Shown: positions 19,145 through 32,492, counted from the first letter of the stretch. The stretch is 62,294 nt of DNA from Gammaproteobacteria bacterium (GCA_020354435.1 CP070646.1:3030275-3092568); one strand, 5' to 3'. Numbers and translations: made by a program. The notes: generated from the sequence alone by a model not told the origin.

Positions 19145-19405
19145 ATGCATACGATCTGTCATCGGGTCGCCGGATATCTGGAGCGAGAGGGGATCCTGGA
19201 ACGCGATGACGAAAACAGTTACCTGACACTGGATGACGGCGACGAAGACCCGATGCGGCAGGTTCTGGGTTGCTCGGTCAGCTACAGGATAGCCATCGGC
19301 CCGCAGCAGGGGCGGAAAGTGTTCACGCTACAGACCATTCCGTCCTGGGAAGATGATGATCGATTTGCTCAAGTAGCGAAAGTGTCCGGGTTCAGCCTGC
19401 CTTAA
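19145..19405 (+). mobile_element. IS91/ISCR-family transposase internal fragment
   Basis: HTICHRVAGYLEREGILERDDENSYL...SVSYRIAIGPQQGRKVFTLQTIP...VAKVSGFSL matches ISCR/IS91 transposases; stops where FSLHAG is expected. Confidence 0.85.
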
Positions 19406-19585
19406 CTAATAGCTCAAAGAGTTCCAGCGGTAACGCCTCGCTACAGACATCAAATCCACCCGCTTTTGACATATTGAGCAGGTATTTGCAAACCCGCTAG
19501 CCCCTGATTTCTGGGTATCTGCTATTCGAGGAAATTGCTATTCGGCTAGATTGAGACTCGGGCATATCTTTCCTATCATCAGGCA

Positions 19586-19876
19586 ATGCCCCGAATCCGC
19601 CGACAAATCCCTGCCGTAAAGATTGAGTACGTCTGTGACAGGTGTGAACAGGGTGTTTATCGGTTTGTAAGCAAGCGACCAATCTCAACAGATTACGTTC
19701 ACAAGTGGCAGCATCGCTGTACGAGCTGCGGTGACCTGGCGGATTTCACCGTTCCCTATCCATTGATTGAGGTCGATGGTAAGCCCGTTAGCCGAATGTT
19801 CATCCAGCGAGAGGCGCTACCGACACCGACCGGGCCAAGTTCACAGGCATTTAGGGTTGGGAAAGCAGTGGAATAG
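19586..19876 (+). CDS. Small zinc-ribbon protein, probably phage-derived
   Basis: EYVCDRCEQG...HRCTSCG...YPLIE: two CxxC pairs. Confidence 0.6.
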   Translation: MPRIRRQIPAVKIEYVCDRCEQGVYRFVSKRPISTDYVHKWQHRCTSCGDLADFTVPYPLIEVDGKPVSRMFIQREALPTPTGPSSQAFRVGKAVE

Positions 19877-20032
19877 GCCTTTTGTCGGTTTTGTCAGTTC
19901 CACATTTAGGGATGTTTATGATTTTTTTGGCGTGATGCAGGAAAATATACGTTATCACCACTACCCGCAAAATTGCCCAGTTTTTAGAATACAGGGGTAT
20001 GCCAAGGCGTAGGCCAATCTAACCAAAGAAAT

Positions 20033-20065
20033 AAAAAAGCCTTAACTATCAGTCAGTTAAGGCTT
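20033..20065 (-). terminator. Intrinsic terminator downstream of tRNA-Ser
   Basis: Perfect 11-bp inverted repeat AAGCCTTAACT/AGTTAAGGCTT (20037-20065) followed by a T run on the minus strand. Confidence 0.75.
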
Positions 20066-20070
20066 ATATG

Positions 20071-20158
20071 TGGCGGAGAGCGAGGGATTCGAACCCCCGG
20101 AGGGTTTCCCCTCAACGGTTTTCAAGACCGCCGCTTTCGACCACTCAGCCAGCTCTCC
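20071..20158 (-). tRNA. serT: tRNA-Ser (anticodon TGA)
   Basis: GGAGAGCTGGCTGAGTGGTCGAAAGCGGCGGTCTTGAAAACCG...long variable arm...GGTTCGAATCCC...CTCTCCGCCA, 88 nt with encoded CCA. Confidence 0.97.
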
Positions 20159-20257
20159 CGAAATCTGATTTTGAAGCATGTTTTTAATATGCCCGAAACG
20201 CTGGCGTATTATAGTCATTTATGCCCTTGAGTCATTAGTAAATGTTGAGAATCGAAA

Positions 20258-20285
20258 CTTGAAATTTCGCGTTTGAGCCCTATTT
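20258..20285 (+). promoter_or_regulatory. sigma32-type promoter of yccA
   Basis: CTTGAAA-N13-CCCTATTT. Confidence 0.75.
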
Positions 20286-20354
20286 CTGGAGCATTAGTGG
20301 CTAAGCGTAGCGACCTAATAACCCTGCCCGGAATGACTTGATATCGCCGGAAGG

Positions 20355-20383
20355 GGAACTTAGAATGTTGCGCATCAGTCAAA
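20355..20383 (+). promoter_or_regulatory. sigmaE (RpoE/AlgU)-type promoter of yccA
   Basis: GGAACTT-N16-GTCAAA, an exact match to the RpoE consensus, 27 nt before the ATG. Confidence 0.75.
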
Positions 20384-20410
20384 TCGACGTATTAAGAAAC
20401 GGAGAAAGTA

Positions 20411-21070
20411 ATGCAAATGAACACTGCCGTAACGCGCTCTCAAGAAGCGATTCTGGCGACCAACAAGGTAATTAAAAATACCTATATCCTGCTGTCGATG
20501 GCACTCATCTTCAGCGGATTCACCGCTTTTCTGGGTGTCGCCTCGGGGATTGGCCACGGCGCAGCGCTAGTGGCGGACATCGTCGCTATCGCCATTCTCT
20601 GGTTCGTATTGCCGAGAACAGCCAATACCGCCGCGGGTATCCCGGTTCTATTCGCCTTTACCGGATTGCTCGGTTTTGGTCTGGGTCCAGTGCTGAACTA
20701 TTACCTGTCGGTTAATCCGAGCATCGTCATGACCGCCCTCGGCGGCACCGGCGTGATTTTCCTCGGCCTGTCGGGATATGCACTGACCACGCGCAAGGAC
20801 TTCAGCTTCCTTGGCGGCTTCGTCATGATCGGTATGCTGGTGGTGCTGGCTGCCGCGATTCTGAATATTTTCCTCGGCGTGCCGGCGCTTTTCCTCGCGC
20901 TGAATGCAGCGATCATACTGATCATGAGCGCGTTCATCCTGTGGGAAACGTCGTCGCTCATTCACGGCGGTGAAACCAATTACATCATGGCTGCCGCCGG
21001 GCTTTTCCTGTCGATTCTGAACCTTTTCCAGGCGTTGCTGCATCTGCTGGGTGCATTTAACAACGAATAG
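20411..21070 (+). CDS. yccA: Bax inhibitor-1/YccA family membrane protein (FtsH modulator)
   Basis: NKVIKNTYILLS, TTRKDFSFLGGF and GGETNYI motifs; 7 TM; adjacent to tRNA-Ser. Confidence 0.95.
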   Translation: MQMNTAVTRSQEAILATNKVIKNTYILLSMALIFSGFTAFLGVASGIGHGAALVADIVAIAILWFVLPRTANTAAGIPVLFAFTGLLGFGLGPVLNYYLSVNPSIVMTALGGTGVIFLGLSGYALTTRKDFSFLGGFVMIGMLVVLAAAILNIFLGVPALFLALNAAIILIMSAFILWETSSLIHGGETNYIMAAAGLFLSILNLFQALLHLLGAFNNE

Positions 21071-21093
21071 CCCGAGGCCGATAACTTGACTGG

Positions 21094-21122
21094 AATAGGC
21101 CCCGTTATCGGGGCCTATTTTT
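21094..21122 (+). terminator. Intrinsic terminator after yccA
   Basis: AATAGGCCCCG-ttat-CGGGGCCTATT followed by TTT. Confidence 0.85.
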
Positions 21123-21147
21123 ATCCGCGAACTTTCATGAGTATGAT

Positions 21148-21327
21148 ATGGATTGGGTAAAAATCGGTTCAGCAGTTTTGCTGGCGGCAATGCTGATTTA
21201 TCTGTTCCCGCGTGCCAAACAGGCCGTTCAGAATTCGCCCAAAGGCAGCGCCTCGGACTGGATGGGATTCGTCATCCCTATCGTTGCGGTTGTGTTATTC
21301 GTTATTCTGCTGATTTCGCTGGTCTAG
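21148..21327 (+). CDS. 59-aa two-TM hypothetical membrane protein (missed by ORF track)
   Basis: MDWVKIGSAVLLAAMLIYLFPRAKQAVQNSPKGSASDWMGFVIPIVAVVLFVILLISLV*. Confidence 0.7.
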   Translation: MDWVKIGSAVLLAAMLIYLFPRAKQAVQNSPKGSASDWMGFVIPIVAVVLFVILLISLV

Positions 21328-22014
21328 CCAGATTTTCTCAGCCAGCGCCAGGTCTCCCGGCCTCGTGATCTTGAAATTTTCCTCGCTCCCCGCGACCAGG
21401 GCAGGACTGTAGCCGGCCAGTTCTACCGCCTGCGCATCGTCGGTGATCGCCTGCTCGGCATCGATCACCTGCTTCAACGCGTTCAACAATACCGGCAGGT
21501 GAAATACCTGCGGGGTCAGCGCTCGCCATAATCCCTGTCTCGGCACCGTAGCTGCGATTTCCATGTCATCGCTTTGCTTTTTCAGCGTATCGCTGACCGG
21601 TGCTGCCAGAATAGCTCCTGCGGTGTGTTCCCGCGCGGCCGCAATCACGCGGCTGAGGTCGTCGTGGCTGACCAGCGGGCGCACCGCGTCATGTACCAGC
21701 GCGATCGCATCGTTGCCACAGCGATACTGCAGCGTCGTCAGTCCGCTATAGACCGAATGCTGCCTGTGTGCGCCGCCGTCGGTGATAAAGACCGGTTTAT
21801 CCGCCTGATAATCGAGTTCCTGCCAGAAGCGGTCGTCGGCTTGTAGTGCAAGTACGGCTCCGTCGATCGCCGGATGGGACAATAGACGGTCGAGGCAGTG
21901 TTCGAGAATGGTTTTGCCCTGGAAAGAGAGATACTGCTTGGGTTTATCCTGCTGCATACGGCTACCGCTGCCGGCGGCCGGGATAACCGCCCAGACCGGA
22001 ATATCACTGGCCAT
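21295..22014 (-). CDS. ispD: 2-C-methyl-D-erythritol 4-phosphate cytidylyltransferase
   Basis: PAAGSGSRM, HDAVRP, LTPQVF and NFKITRPGD motifs. Confidence 0.96.
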   Translation of the reverse strand: MASDIPVWAVIPAAGSGSRMQQDKPKQYLSFQGKTILEHCLDRLLSHPAIDGAVLALQADDRFWQELDYQADKPVFITDGGAHRQHSVYSGLTTLQYRCGNDAIALVHDAVRPLVSHDDLSRVIAAAREHTAGAILAAPVSDTLKKQSDDMEIAATVPRQGLWRALTPQVFHLPVLLNALKQVIDAEQAITDDAQAVELAGYSPALVAGSEENFKITRPGDLALAEKIWLDQRNQQNNE

Positions 22015-22300
22015 CGGCGGAATCCGCTGTTTTCGGTATCAGCTGGATGAAGGTTTCGCCTTTTTTGATCATGCCGAGATCGTTGCGCGCCTTTTCCTCG
22101 AAGGCATCAAGTCCGTTTTGCAGATCCAGCACCTGCGCCTCGAGTATGCGATTGCGCTCTTCGAGCTCGCGCAGCCGTTTTTTCTGGATTTCCAGCTCAC
22201 GCGACAGCTGCACCACTTCCGACAGGCTGCCATCGCCGAACCACAACTTGTATTGCAAACCGATCAGAATCAGTATCAATGCTGCCAGCAGAATCTTCAT
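22004..22300 (-). CDS. ftsB: Cell division protein FtsB
   Basis: TM, LQYKLWFG, coiled coil, EEKARNDLGMIK. Confidence 0.95.
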   Translation of the reverse strand: MKILLAALILILIGLQYKLWFGDGSLSEVVQLSRELEIQKKRLRELEERNRILEAQVLDLQNGLDAFEEKARNDLGMIKKGETFIQLIPKTADSADGQ

Positions 22301-22317
22301 CGGTACACGGCCGTGGA

Positions 22318-26271
<3,954 letters not shown>

Positions 26272-26362
26272 CTAATTATCGAAAATAATCCGGTCTACCG
26301 GGATTAGCTAATCATCGCATACTGCACCATTTCTGCTGCTGACTCGCTAGCGAATGTGTCGC

Positions 26363-27322
26363 TCAAGAGCCCGGTTTTTCCGCCAGGATCACTGCGCGAC
26401 GCGGCGCCGGCAACCCCTCTACCGTCAATTCCGGATTATCCGGATCAAGGCATTGTGCCAGAGATTCGAACTGCATCCATTCGGTCGAGCGTTGCTCCTC
26501 GACACGGGTCAGACCTTCATCGACGATTCGTAGGTTGACGAATCCGCAGCGCTCGAGCCAGAGCGCGAGTTCTGCCGCCGACGGAATGAACCAGACATTG
26601 CGCATCCGCGCATAGCGTTGCCGCGGCAGTAGCACCCTGCCCGCCTCAGCGTCGATCACGAGGGTTTCCAGGCATAACTCACCACCGGCGACAAGAAAGC
26701 TTTTCAGCTGATATAGATGGTCGATAGGACTTTTGCGGTGATACAAAACGCCCATCGAAAATACGCTGTCGAACCAGTTCATCTCGGCGGGCATGTCCTC
26801 GATCCCGATTGGCAATAAATGGACGTCCTCTCGTTGCAGGTATTTATTTAGCGCCATGTACTGCATGTTGAACAGCACCGAGGGTTCGATGCCGAGCACC
26901 AGTTCGGGCGACTGCGCCAGCATGCGCCAGCAGTGGTAGCCATTGCCGCAGCCTATATCGAGGACGCGACGGCCTGCCAATGGCGCCAGGTGCGGCAAAA
27001 TACGATCCCATTTGTAGTCCGAGCGCCACTCGCAGTCGATATAAACATCGGCTATTCGGTAGGGCCCCTTGCGCCAGGGCATCAGGCCTTTTAATGCTTC
27101 GCGCAACTGCACCGAATCATCGCAATCACCATTGACGCAAACCGCCGCCTGGTCGAAGGCGGCTTCGATATTATGCATTGGCGGTAGCGCTTCCAGCGCC
27201 TGCGCCCAGCGCGAATAATCACCGTGTCCGACCAGCCAGCCGGCGCTCTGCGCTCGTAGTTGTTGGGCCCACTGATTAAGCCCGTGTTGGCACAGGTAAG
27301 CGAACAGCGCGTCCCGAATCAC
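26363..27322 (-). CDS. cmoB: tRNA U34 carboxymethyltransferase
   Basis: LMPWRKGP, DCEWRSDYKW, SMGVLYHRKSP and RYARMRNVWF motifs; GTG start overlaps the cmoA stop. Confidence 0.95.
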   Translation of the reverse strand: MIRDALFAYLCQHGLNQWAQQLRAQSAGWLVGHGDYSRWAQALEALPPMHNIEAAFDQAAVCVNGDCDDSVQLREALKGLMPWRKGPYRIADVYIDCEWRSDYKWDRILPHLAPLAGRRVLDIGCGNGYHCWRMLAQSPELVLGIEPSVLFNMQYMALNKYLQREDVHLLPIGIEDMPAEMNWFDSVFSMGVLYHRKSPIDHLYQLKSFLVAGGELCLETLVIDAEAGRVLLPRQRYARMRNVWFIPSAAELALWLERCGFVNLRIVDEGLTRVEEQRSTEWMQFESLAQCLDPDNPELTVEGLPAPRRAVILAEKPGS

Positions 27323-28050
27323 GTCTTGATCGCCAGATATGAGACAAAATTGAAGCCGCGGAAACACGGGTAGATCTCGCTAAATCCGGCGTCTACGAGA
27401 CGTTGCCGGTGCTGTTGCTCGCTATCCGGAATCAGCACGTTTTCCAGAGCGTTGCGTTTCTGGCTAATTTCGAGATCGCTATAGCCCATGGTTTTTTTGA
27501 AGCCCTGGTACAGCTGCAGCATGCATTCGTTCTCGGCTTCGTCTTCGAACACGACTTTTTCGGACAGCACCAGTACACCACCTGGATTTAGTCCGGTATA
27601 AATTTTTTTCAGCATGGGCAGTCTTTCCTTCGGTGGCAAAAACTGCAGGGTCAGGTTGAGCACGACCATTGACGCCTGGTCGATCGGTATTTGCCGTATA
27701 TCCTCGCAATGCCATTCGATCAGGTCCGGCGAAATATTGTGCTGGCGGCATTTTTCGATCATTGCCGAGGAATTGTCGACAGCGATGATCCGGCATTCGG
27801 CATCACGGACCTGTTCGGCAATCACGAGACTGGCCTCGCCCAGCGAACAGCCGAGGTCGTAAACCCGACTGCCGGCGGTGACAAAAAGATCGGCGTACAG
27901 ACCGATCATGCGTAGCAGTAACGCATAACCGGGAACCGAGCGTGAAATCATGTCCTGAAACACGTGGGCGACGGATTCGTTGAATTCGAATGCCTTGACC
28001 TCGCTCAACGGGCGGGCAAAGACCCTGTCCTTACGATCGCCGGCAGTCAC
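27319..28050 (-). CDS. cmoA: Carboxy-S-adenosyl-L-methionine synthase
   Basis: FQDMISRSVPGY, YDLGCSLG and SQKRNALEN motifs. Confidence 0.95.
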   Translation of the reverse strand: MTAGDRKDRVFARPLSEVKAFEFNESVAHVFQDMISRSVPGYALLLRMIGLYADLFVTAGSRVYDLGCSLGEASLVIAEQVRDAECRIIAVDNSSAMIEKCRQHNISPDLIEWHCEDIRQIPIDQASMVVLNLTLQFLPPKERLPMLKKIYTGLNPGGVLVLSEKVVFEDEAENECMLQLYQGFKKTMGYSDLEISQKRNALENVLIPDSEQQHRQRLVDAGFSEIYPCFRGFNFVSYLAIKT

Positions 28051-29264
28051 AGCAGCAAGCCCTCGAGACGGCCATCGAGATAAACCTGCGCCGTGCCGTC
28101 ACGTTCCCAGGGTGGCACACGGTGTCTTTGGAACAGTCGCTTGAGTCGATGACTGTCGGGATTCGGCTCGCCTTGCTGGCGAAACCTCAGCATTAGCGAT
28201 TGTCCCCGATCCTCGATTTCCAGGCGGGCAAAAATTTCTTCTCGCGCAAGCCGCATATCCAGCGTTTCAATTTCTACAAAGGGCTGTTGGCCAAAGTCGA
28301 AATCTCCGCTGCAAGATCCGACCTCACGATTTCTCACCAGAAATAATTGCTGGTCGTAAACCCGGATCGAATAACCTGGCATGGCGATTTCCGGCAAGGC
28401 GTCGATACGCGATTGCATCTGCAGCAGCAATTGCTGTAGCCGCGCATGCGGTAGTGCCTCGAGTTCTGCCATTTCGATCCAGTGGCGAATCAGGTTTTTT
28501 TGCCGGGGCTGTGACAGGCGTAATAATCCGCCAAGATCGATCCTGCCGTCACCCGCAGGATCCGTGATCTGCAGTTCGGCGTAATCCTGAGCAGCAATTT
28601 CGTCGAGTAAAGCCTGGGTTTCGGCCTGAATTTCGCAGGTGGTCGTAAACGCTTCGGCATATCCTGACCAGCGTTTTCCGAGCATCGGCATAACCTGACT
28701 GCGCAGGTAGTTACGATCGAACCTGAGATTCTGGTTACTCGGATCGTTAAACCAGGCAATTTCATTCTCGTTGGCGTAGGTTTCCAGCCGTGCGCGGCTG
28801 AAATCGAGTAGCGGCCGTAACAGCAGGGTTTCACCCAACCAGCGTCGTCGGGCAATTCCACGCAGGCCTGCGACGCCAGAACCGCGCAACGCGTTGAGTA
28901 AAAAAGTTTCTGCCTGGTCGTCGGCATGATGGGCAGTCAGGATGCAGTCGCCGGCAACGGTCTTTCGAGCAAACAACTGGTAACGCCGGCGCCGCGCTTC
29001 CGCTTCGATATTACTGTCGATACCGCCGAGGTCGAGCCGGTCTATGCGCAACTCGAGGCCATAGGCGCTGGCCTGGTCGACACAAAACTGTTCCATTTGC
29101 GCCGCATTGTCGACCAGACCGTGATTGATATGCCACGCGATCACGGGGTATTCAGACCGTTGGCTCAACAACAGGTGCAACAACACGCTGGAGTCAAGGC
29201 CACCGCTATAGGCCACCAACACACGCTTGGTATCGTCGGGAATCGCTTCCAGGCAGGATTGCAT
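28047..29264 (-). CDS. tilS: tRNA(Ile) lysidine synthetase
   Basis: SGGLDS PP-loop, TAHHADDQAET, DPSN...RNYLR. Confidence 0.96.
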   Translation of the reverse strand: MQSCLEAIPDDTKRVLVAYSGGLDSSVLLHLLLSQRSEYPVIAWHINHGLVDNAAQMEQFCVDQASAYGLELRIDRLDLGGIDSNIEAEARRRRYQLFARKTVAGDCILTAHHADDQAETFLLNALRGSGVAGLRGIARRRWLGETLLLRPLLDFSRARLETYANENEIAWFNDPSNQNLRFDRNYLRSQVMPMLGKRWSGYAEAFTTTCEIQAETQALLDEIAAQDYAELQITDPAGDGRIDLGGLLRLSQPRQKNLIRHWIEMAELEALPHARLQQLLLQMQSRIDALPEIAMPGYSIRVYDQQLFLVRNREVGSCSGDFDFGQQPFVEIETLDMRLAREEIFARLEIEDRGQSLMLRFRQQGEPNPDSHRLKRLFQRHRVPPWERDGTAQVYLDGRLEGLLL

Positions 29265-29285
29265 CTGACCGTGAGTTAAATCCCG

Positions 29286-30245
29286 TCAGCCTTCCCTGTA
29301 CTGCCCAAAGGCCATCAGCTTTTGATAGCGCTGATCGAGTAACTTGTCGATGGAGACGCTTTCCAGCGCTTCGAGACCCTCGATCAGGTTTTCCTTTAAT
29401 GACTCGGCAATCTGATCATAGTTGCGATGCGCGCCGCCAAGGGGTTCGCGGATGATGTTGTCTATCAGATTCAGTGAAAACAGCCGTTCGGCCGTAATGC
29501 CCATGGCCTCCGCCGCCTGGGACGCCTTATCGGCACTCTTCCACAGAATCGAAGCACAACCTTCGGGCGAAATGACCGAATAGGTCGCATATTGCAGCAT
29601 GTTGATACGATCGCCGACACAAATCGCGAGTGCGCCACCGGAGCCGCCCTCGCCGATAACGGTACAGATGATCGGTGTTTTCAGTTCGGCCAGGGTATAC
29701 AGGTTTCTTGCGATTGCCTCGCTTTGGCCGCGCTCTTCCGCACCGATGCCGGGATAGGCACCCGGGGTGTCGACCAGTGTTAACAGCGGCATTTTGAACT
29801 TTTCCGCGAGCTTCATCAGGCGCAGTGCCTTACGGTAACCTTCCGGCCGGGGCATGCCGAAATTACGCTTGATTTTTTCCCGGGTATCGCGTCCTTTTTG
29901 CTGACCGATGACAACCACGGGTTTGCCCTCCAGTCGGCCGATACCGCCAACGATGGGATGATCGTCGGCGAAGGCGCGATCGCCATGCAGGTATTCGAAA
30001 TCGGTAAAAATACGTTCGATGTAGTCGATCGAATACGGCCGGTTCGGATGCCGCGACAGCTGCGAGATTTGCCACGCCGACAGTTTCGAGAATATCGACG
30101 TGGTCAGTGATTCGGCCTTGCGTTCCAGGGTCTGGATTTCCTGGCTGATATTGATGTCCGAATCGTCGGTGACATAACGCAACTCCGAAATCTTTGCCTG
30201 AAGTTCGGCAATCGGCTGTTCAAATTCTAGGAAATTGGGATCCAT
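29286..30245 (-). CDS. accA: Acetyl-CoA carboxylase carboxyltransferase alpha
   Basis: DTPGAYPG and GEGGSGGAL motifs. Confidence 0.98.
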   Translation of the reverse strand: MDPNFLEFEQPIAELQAKISELRYVTDDSDINISQEIQTLERKAESLTTSIFSKLSAWQISQLSRHPNRPYSIDYIERIFTDFEYLHGDRAFADDHPIVGGIGRLEGKPVVVIGQQKGRDTREKIKRNFGMPRPEGYRKALRLMKLAEKFKMPLLTLVDTPGAYPGIGAEERGQSEAIARNLYTLAELKTPIICTVIGEGGSGGALAICVGDRINMLQYATYSVISPEGCASILWKSADKASQAAEAMGITAERLFSLNLIDNIIREPLGGAHRNYDQIAESLKENLIEGLEALESVSIDKLLDQRYQKLMAFGQYREG

Positions 30246-30324
30246 TGATAAGCGTGAAATATTTCGAATCTGGCGATAGTTTAACCATTCGCCATATGGC
30301 TGTCATCCGCGCCAGCCCGGTTGT

Positions 30325-31017
30325 TCACGAAATCGATTGCGTTATTCGTCGCAATGCCTCGGCCGGATCCGGATGTTGCGTAACAGGCCGGCCGATAACG
30401 AGGTAGCTGGCGCCATCGGCCAGCGCCTGTTGCGGCGTTACGATACGCTGCTGATCGTTTGCTGCAGCCCAGTCCGGACGGATTCCGGGGGTTACCAGCA
30501 GAGCCGATTGACCGACGCTGGCGCGCAAGGCCGGCACTTCCCGTGCCGAGCAGACCACACCGTCGAGCCCGCAGTCGAGCGCGCTGTGGGTCAGGCGCTC
30601 GACCATTTGCGGCAGCGGAGTTTCGATTCCGAGCGCCTGCAAGTCGTCGGCAGACATGCTGGTCAACACCGTGACTGCGATCAGAAAAGGCCGTTGGGCG
30701 ACGCTTTCGACGCCTTCACGCGCGGCCCGCATCATTGCCGCGCCGCCGAGCGCATGCACGTTCAGCATCCAGACCCCAAGCCTTGCCGCGGCGGCGGCGG
30801 CCCGCTCGACCGTGTTCGGAATATCGTGATACTTCAGATCGAGAAAGACGTCGTAGCCGCTGTCTATCAAAGCTTCCACAAGCGCGGGACCGGCGCTGGT
30901 GAACAGTTCCTTGCCGACCTTGAGGCGGCATTGCTGTGGCGTTGTTTTTTGGGAAAACTCCAGGGCCTGCTGCGTATCGGGGAAGTCGAGCGCTACGATT
31001 ATCCTGGGATCGTTCAT
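30325..31017 (-). CDS. pyrF: Orotidine 5'-phosphate decarboxylase
   Basis: [12 protein letters not shown] and VTPGIR motifs. Confidence 0.97.
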   Translation of the reverse strand: MNDPRIIVALDFPDTQQALEFSQKTTPQQCRLKVGKELFTSAGPALVEALIDSGYDVFLDLKYHDIPNTVERAAAAAARLGVWMLNVHALGGAAMMRAAREGVESVAQRPFLIAVTVLTSMSADDLQALGIETPLPQMVERLTHSALDCGLDGVVCSAREVPALRASVGQSALLVTPGIRPDWAAANDQQRIVTPQQALADGASYLVIGRPVTQHPDPAEALRRITQSIS

Positions 31018-32168
31018 GATCTAACCGGTTTCATCGACGCCCAGTTGCGGCAACTGGGGCAAAGCCATTGTATGGCATGACTTTCATAACCACAACGGGA
31101 ACAGCTGTACTCGTTTTTCTTATCCTGCAGCGACTTCAAAAAAGTCGACAGGGTCGCCCAGGTTTCACCAAGCTGATCAGGATTGGACTTGAGGAATCGA
31201 AGCGCGAACTCGAATGCCTCGAATGAAGGTGATTTGTGCAGGATATCGGACAGGAATTGTCGCGCCTTTTCGATTTCATCGTTACGCGCATAGTGCTCGA
31301 GCAGCGCTATAGCAAGCCGGGTAGACGGGTGTTTCTGATACTGGTTCTGCAGAAATTCCTGGTAGGTGGAAATTTCCCGGCCGAGGTAAATCTGGCGTGC
31401 AGGTTCGATGTAAAGCGGCATGTATTGCGGGCTTTCTCGCGTAAGACGCTGAAAAATCCGCTTGGCCGCCGATGGATTGTCGCTATCCAGGTTCAATCGG
31501 ATCAGCAACAGCGCTGCTCGCACGCATGCGGGATCGACCTCGAGCGCAAGATCGAGGTTTTTGCGCGCCAGCCGCTTGTTACCGGCATTTATAGCTTCGC
31601 TGGCGGCCTCGCACAGGCACTGACTGTAAGTAACAGCAGCCTCAGGCTCGCCTTTCTGGTACAGCACCCGCGCACACTCGACTGCCTCTTCCCAGGACTT
31701 TTCGGTAATGTACAAATCCAGCAGCCGCCGGTAGGCATGTATGGCATCGGCATCGAGATCGATCATTTCACGATACAGTTTCTCCGCTCGATCGAGCAGG
31801 CCCGCCTTGAGGTAATCACTGGCCAGTTCAGCAATCGCCATGTGTCGCTGACGGCGCGTCAGGTTCGGCCGCGCCAGCAGATTCTGGTGTACCTTGATGG
31901 CCCGATCCACCTCGCCCTTGGAACGGAACAGATTACCGAGCGCAATGTGTATCTCGATCGTATCCCTGTTGACTTCGATCAGGTCGGTAAAGATCTTGAT
32001 CGCGTTATCGGAATCATCCGCCAACAGATAGTTGAGGCCGCGCGCGTAACGTTCGGAAAATTGATCGTGGTGGAATTCGTCTTTTTTCTTTTTGAAGGGT
32101 TGCCAACGACCGAGCAACCAGCCGATGATGACGGCAGCCAGTACCAGCAGGAAGAGCCAGATATCCAT
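31014..32168 (-). CDS. lapB: Lipopolysaccharide assembly protein B (TPR + rubredoxin)
   Basis: N-terminal [22 protein letters not shown]-terminal CxxC...CxxC. Confidence 0.92.
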   Translation of the reverse strand: MDIWLFLLVLAAVIIGWLLGRWQPFKKKKDEFHHDQFSERYARGLNYLLADDSDNAIKIFTDLIEVNRDTIEIHIALGNLFRSKGEVDRAIKVHQNLLARPNLTRRQRHMAIAELASDYLKAGLLDRAEKLYREMIDLDADAIHAYRRLLDLYITEKSWEEAVECARVLYQKGEPEAAVTYSQCLCEAASEAINAGNKRLARKNLDLALEVDPACVRAALLLIRLNLDSDNPSAAKRIFQRLTRESPQYMPLYIEPARQIYLGREISTYQEFLQNQYQKHPSTRLAIALLEHYARNDEIEKARQFLSDILHKSPSFEAFEFALRFLKSNPDQLGETWATLSTFLKSLQDKKNEYSCSRCGYESHAIQWLCPSCRNWASMKPVRS

Positions 32169-32207
32169 AATCAGGTGACCATGCCTGGCCGCGCGGAATG
32201 AAAAAAT

Positions 32208-32492
32208 CTATTTCTGGTTATTGGCGCGATCGCGCAACTCCTTGCCGGGTTTGAAATGCGGGACGTACTTGCCGGGCAAGTCGACCTTGGCGCCTGACTT
32301 GGGATTGCGCCCGGTGCGTGGCGGGCGGTAATGCAGGCTGAAACTGCCGAACCCCCGGATTTCGATGCGCTCGCCATTGGACAGTGCGCTGCTCATCATT
32401 TCGATCAGACTCTTGACCGCCAGCTCAACATCCTTGTACGCCAGGTGTCCCTGATTTTTTGCCAGGTTATCGATCAGGTCCGATTTGGTCAT
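32208..32492 (-). CDS. ihfB: Integration host factor beta
   Basis: MTKSDLI...[10 protein letters not shown]...GRNPKSG; start re-assigned to ATG 32492. Confidence 0.96.
   Translation of the reverse strand: MTKSDLIDNLAKNQGHLAYKDVELAVKSLIEMMSSALSNGERIEIRGFGSFSLHYRPPRTGRNPKSGAKVDLPGKYVPHFKPGKELRDRANNQK

Larger units (their letters stand above)
10950..20070. mobile_element. Decayed accessory region / genomic islet at the tRNA-Ser 3' end (boundaries approximate)
   Basis: Breaks the run of housekeeping genes; contains pseudogene fragments, an IS91 remnant, a phage-like gene and visibly AT-richer patches. No integrase and no tRNA 3' duplication found. Confidence 0.5.

Noticed and set aside
10950-20070. 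attL duplication of the tRNA-Ser 3' end and integron attC sites
   Set aside because: Only 7-nt matches (e.g. TGGCGGA at 12583); no paired RYYYAAC/GTTRRRY boxes; no integrase.
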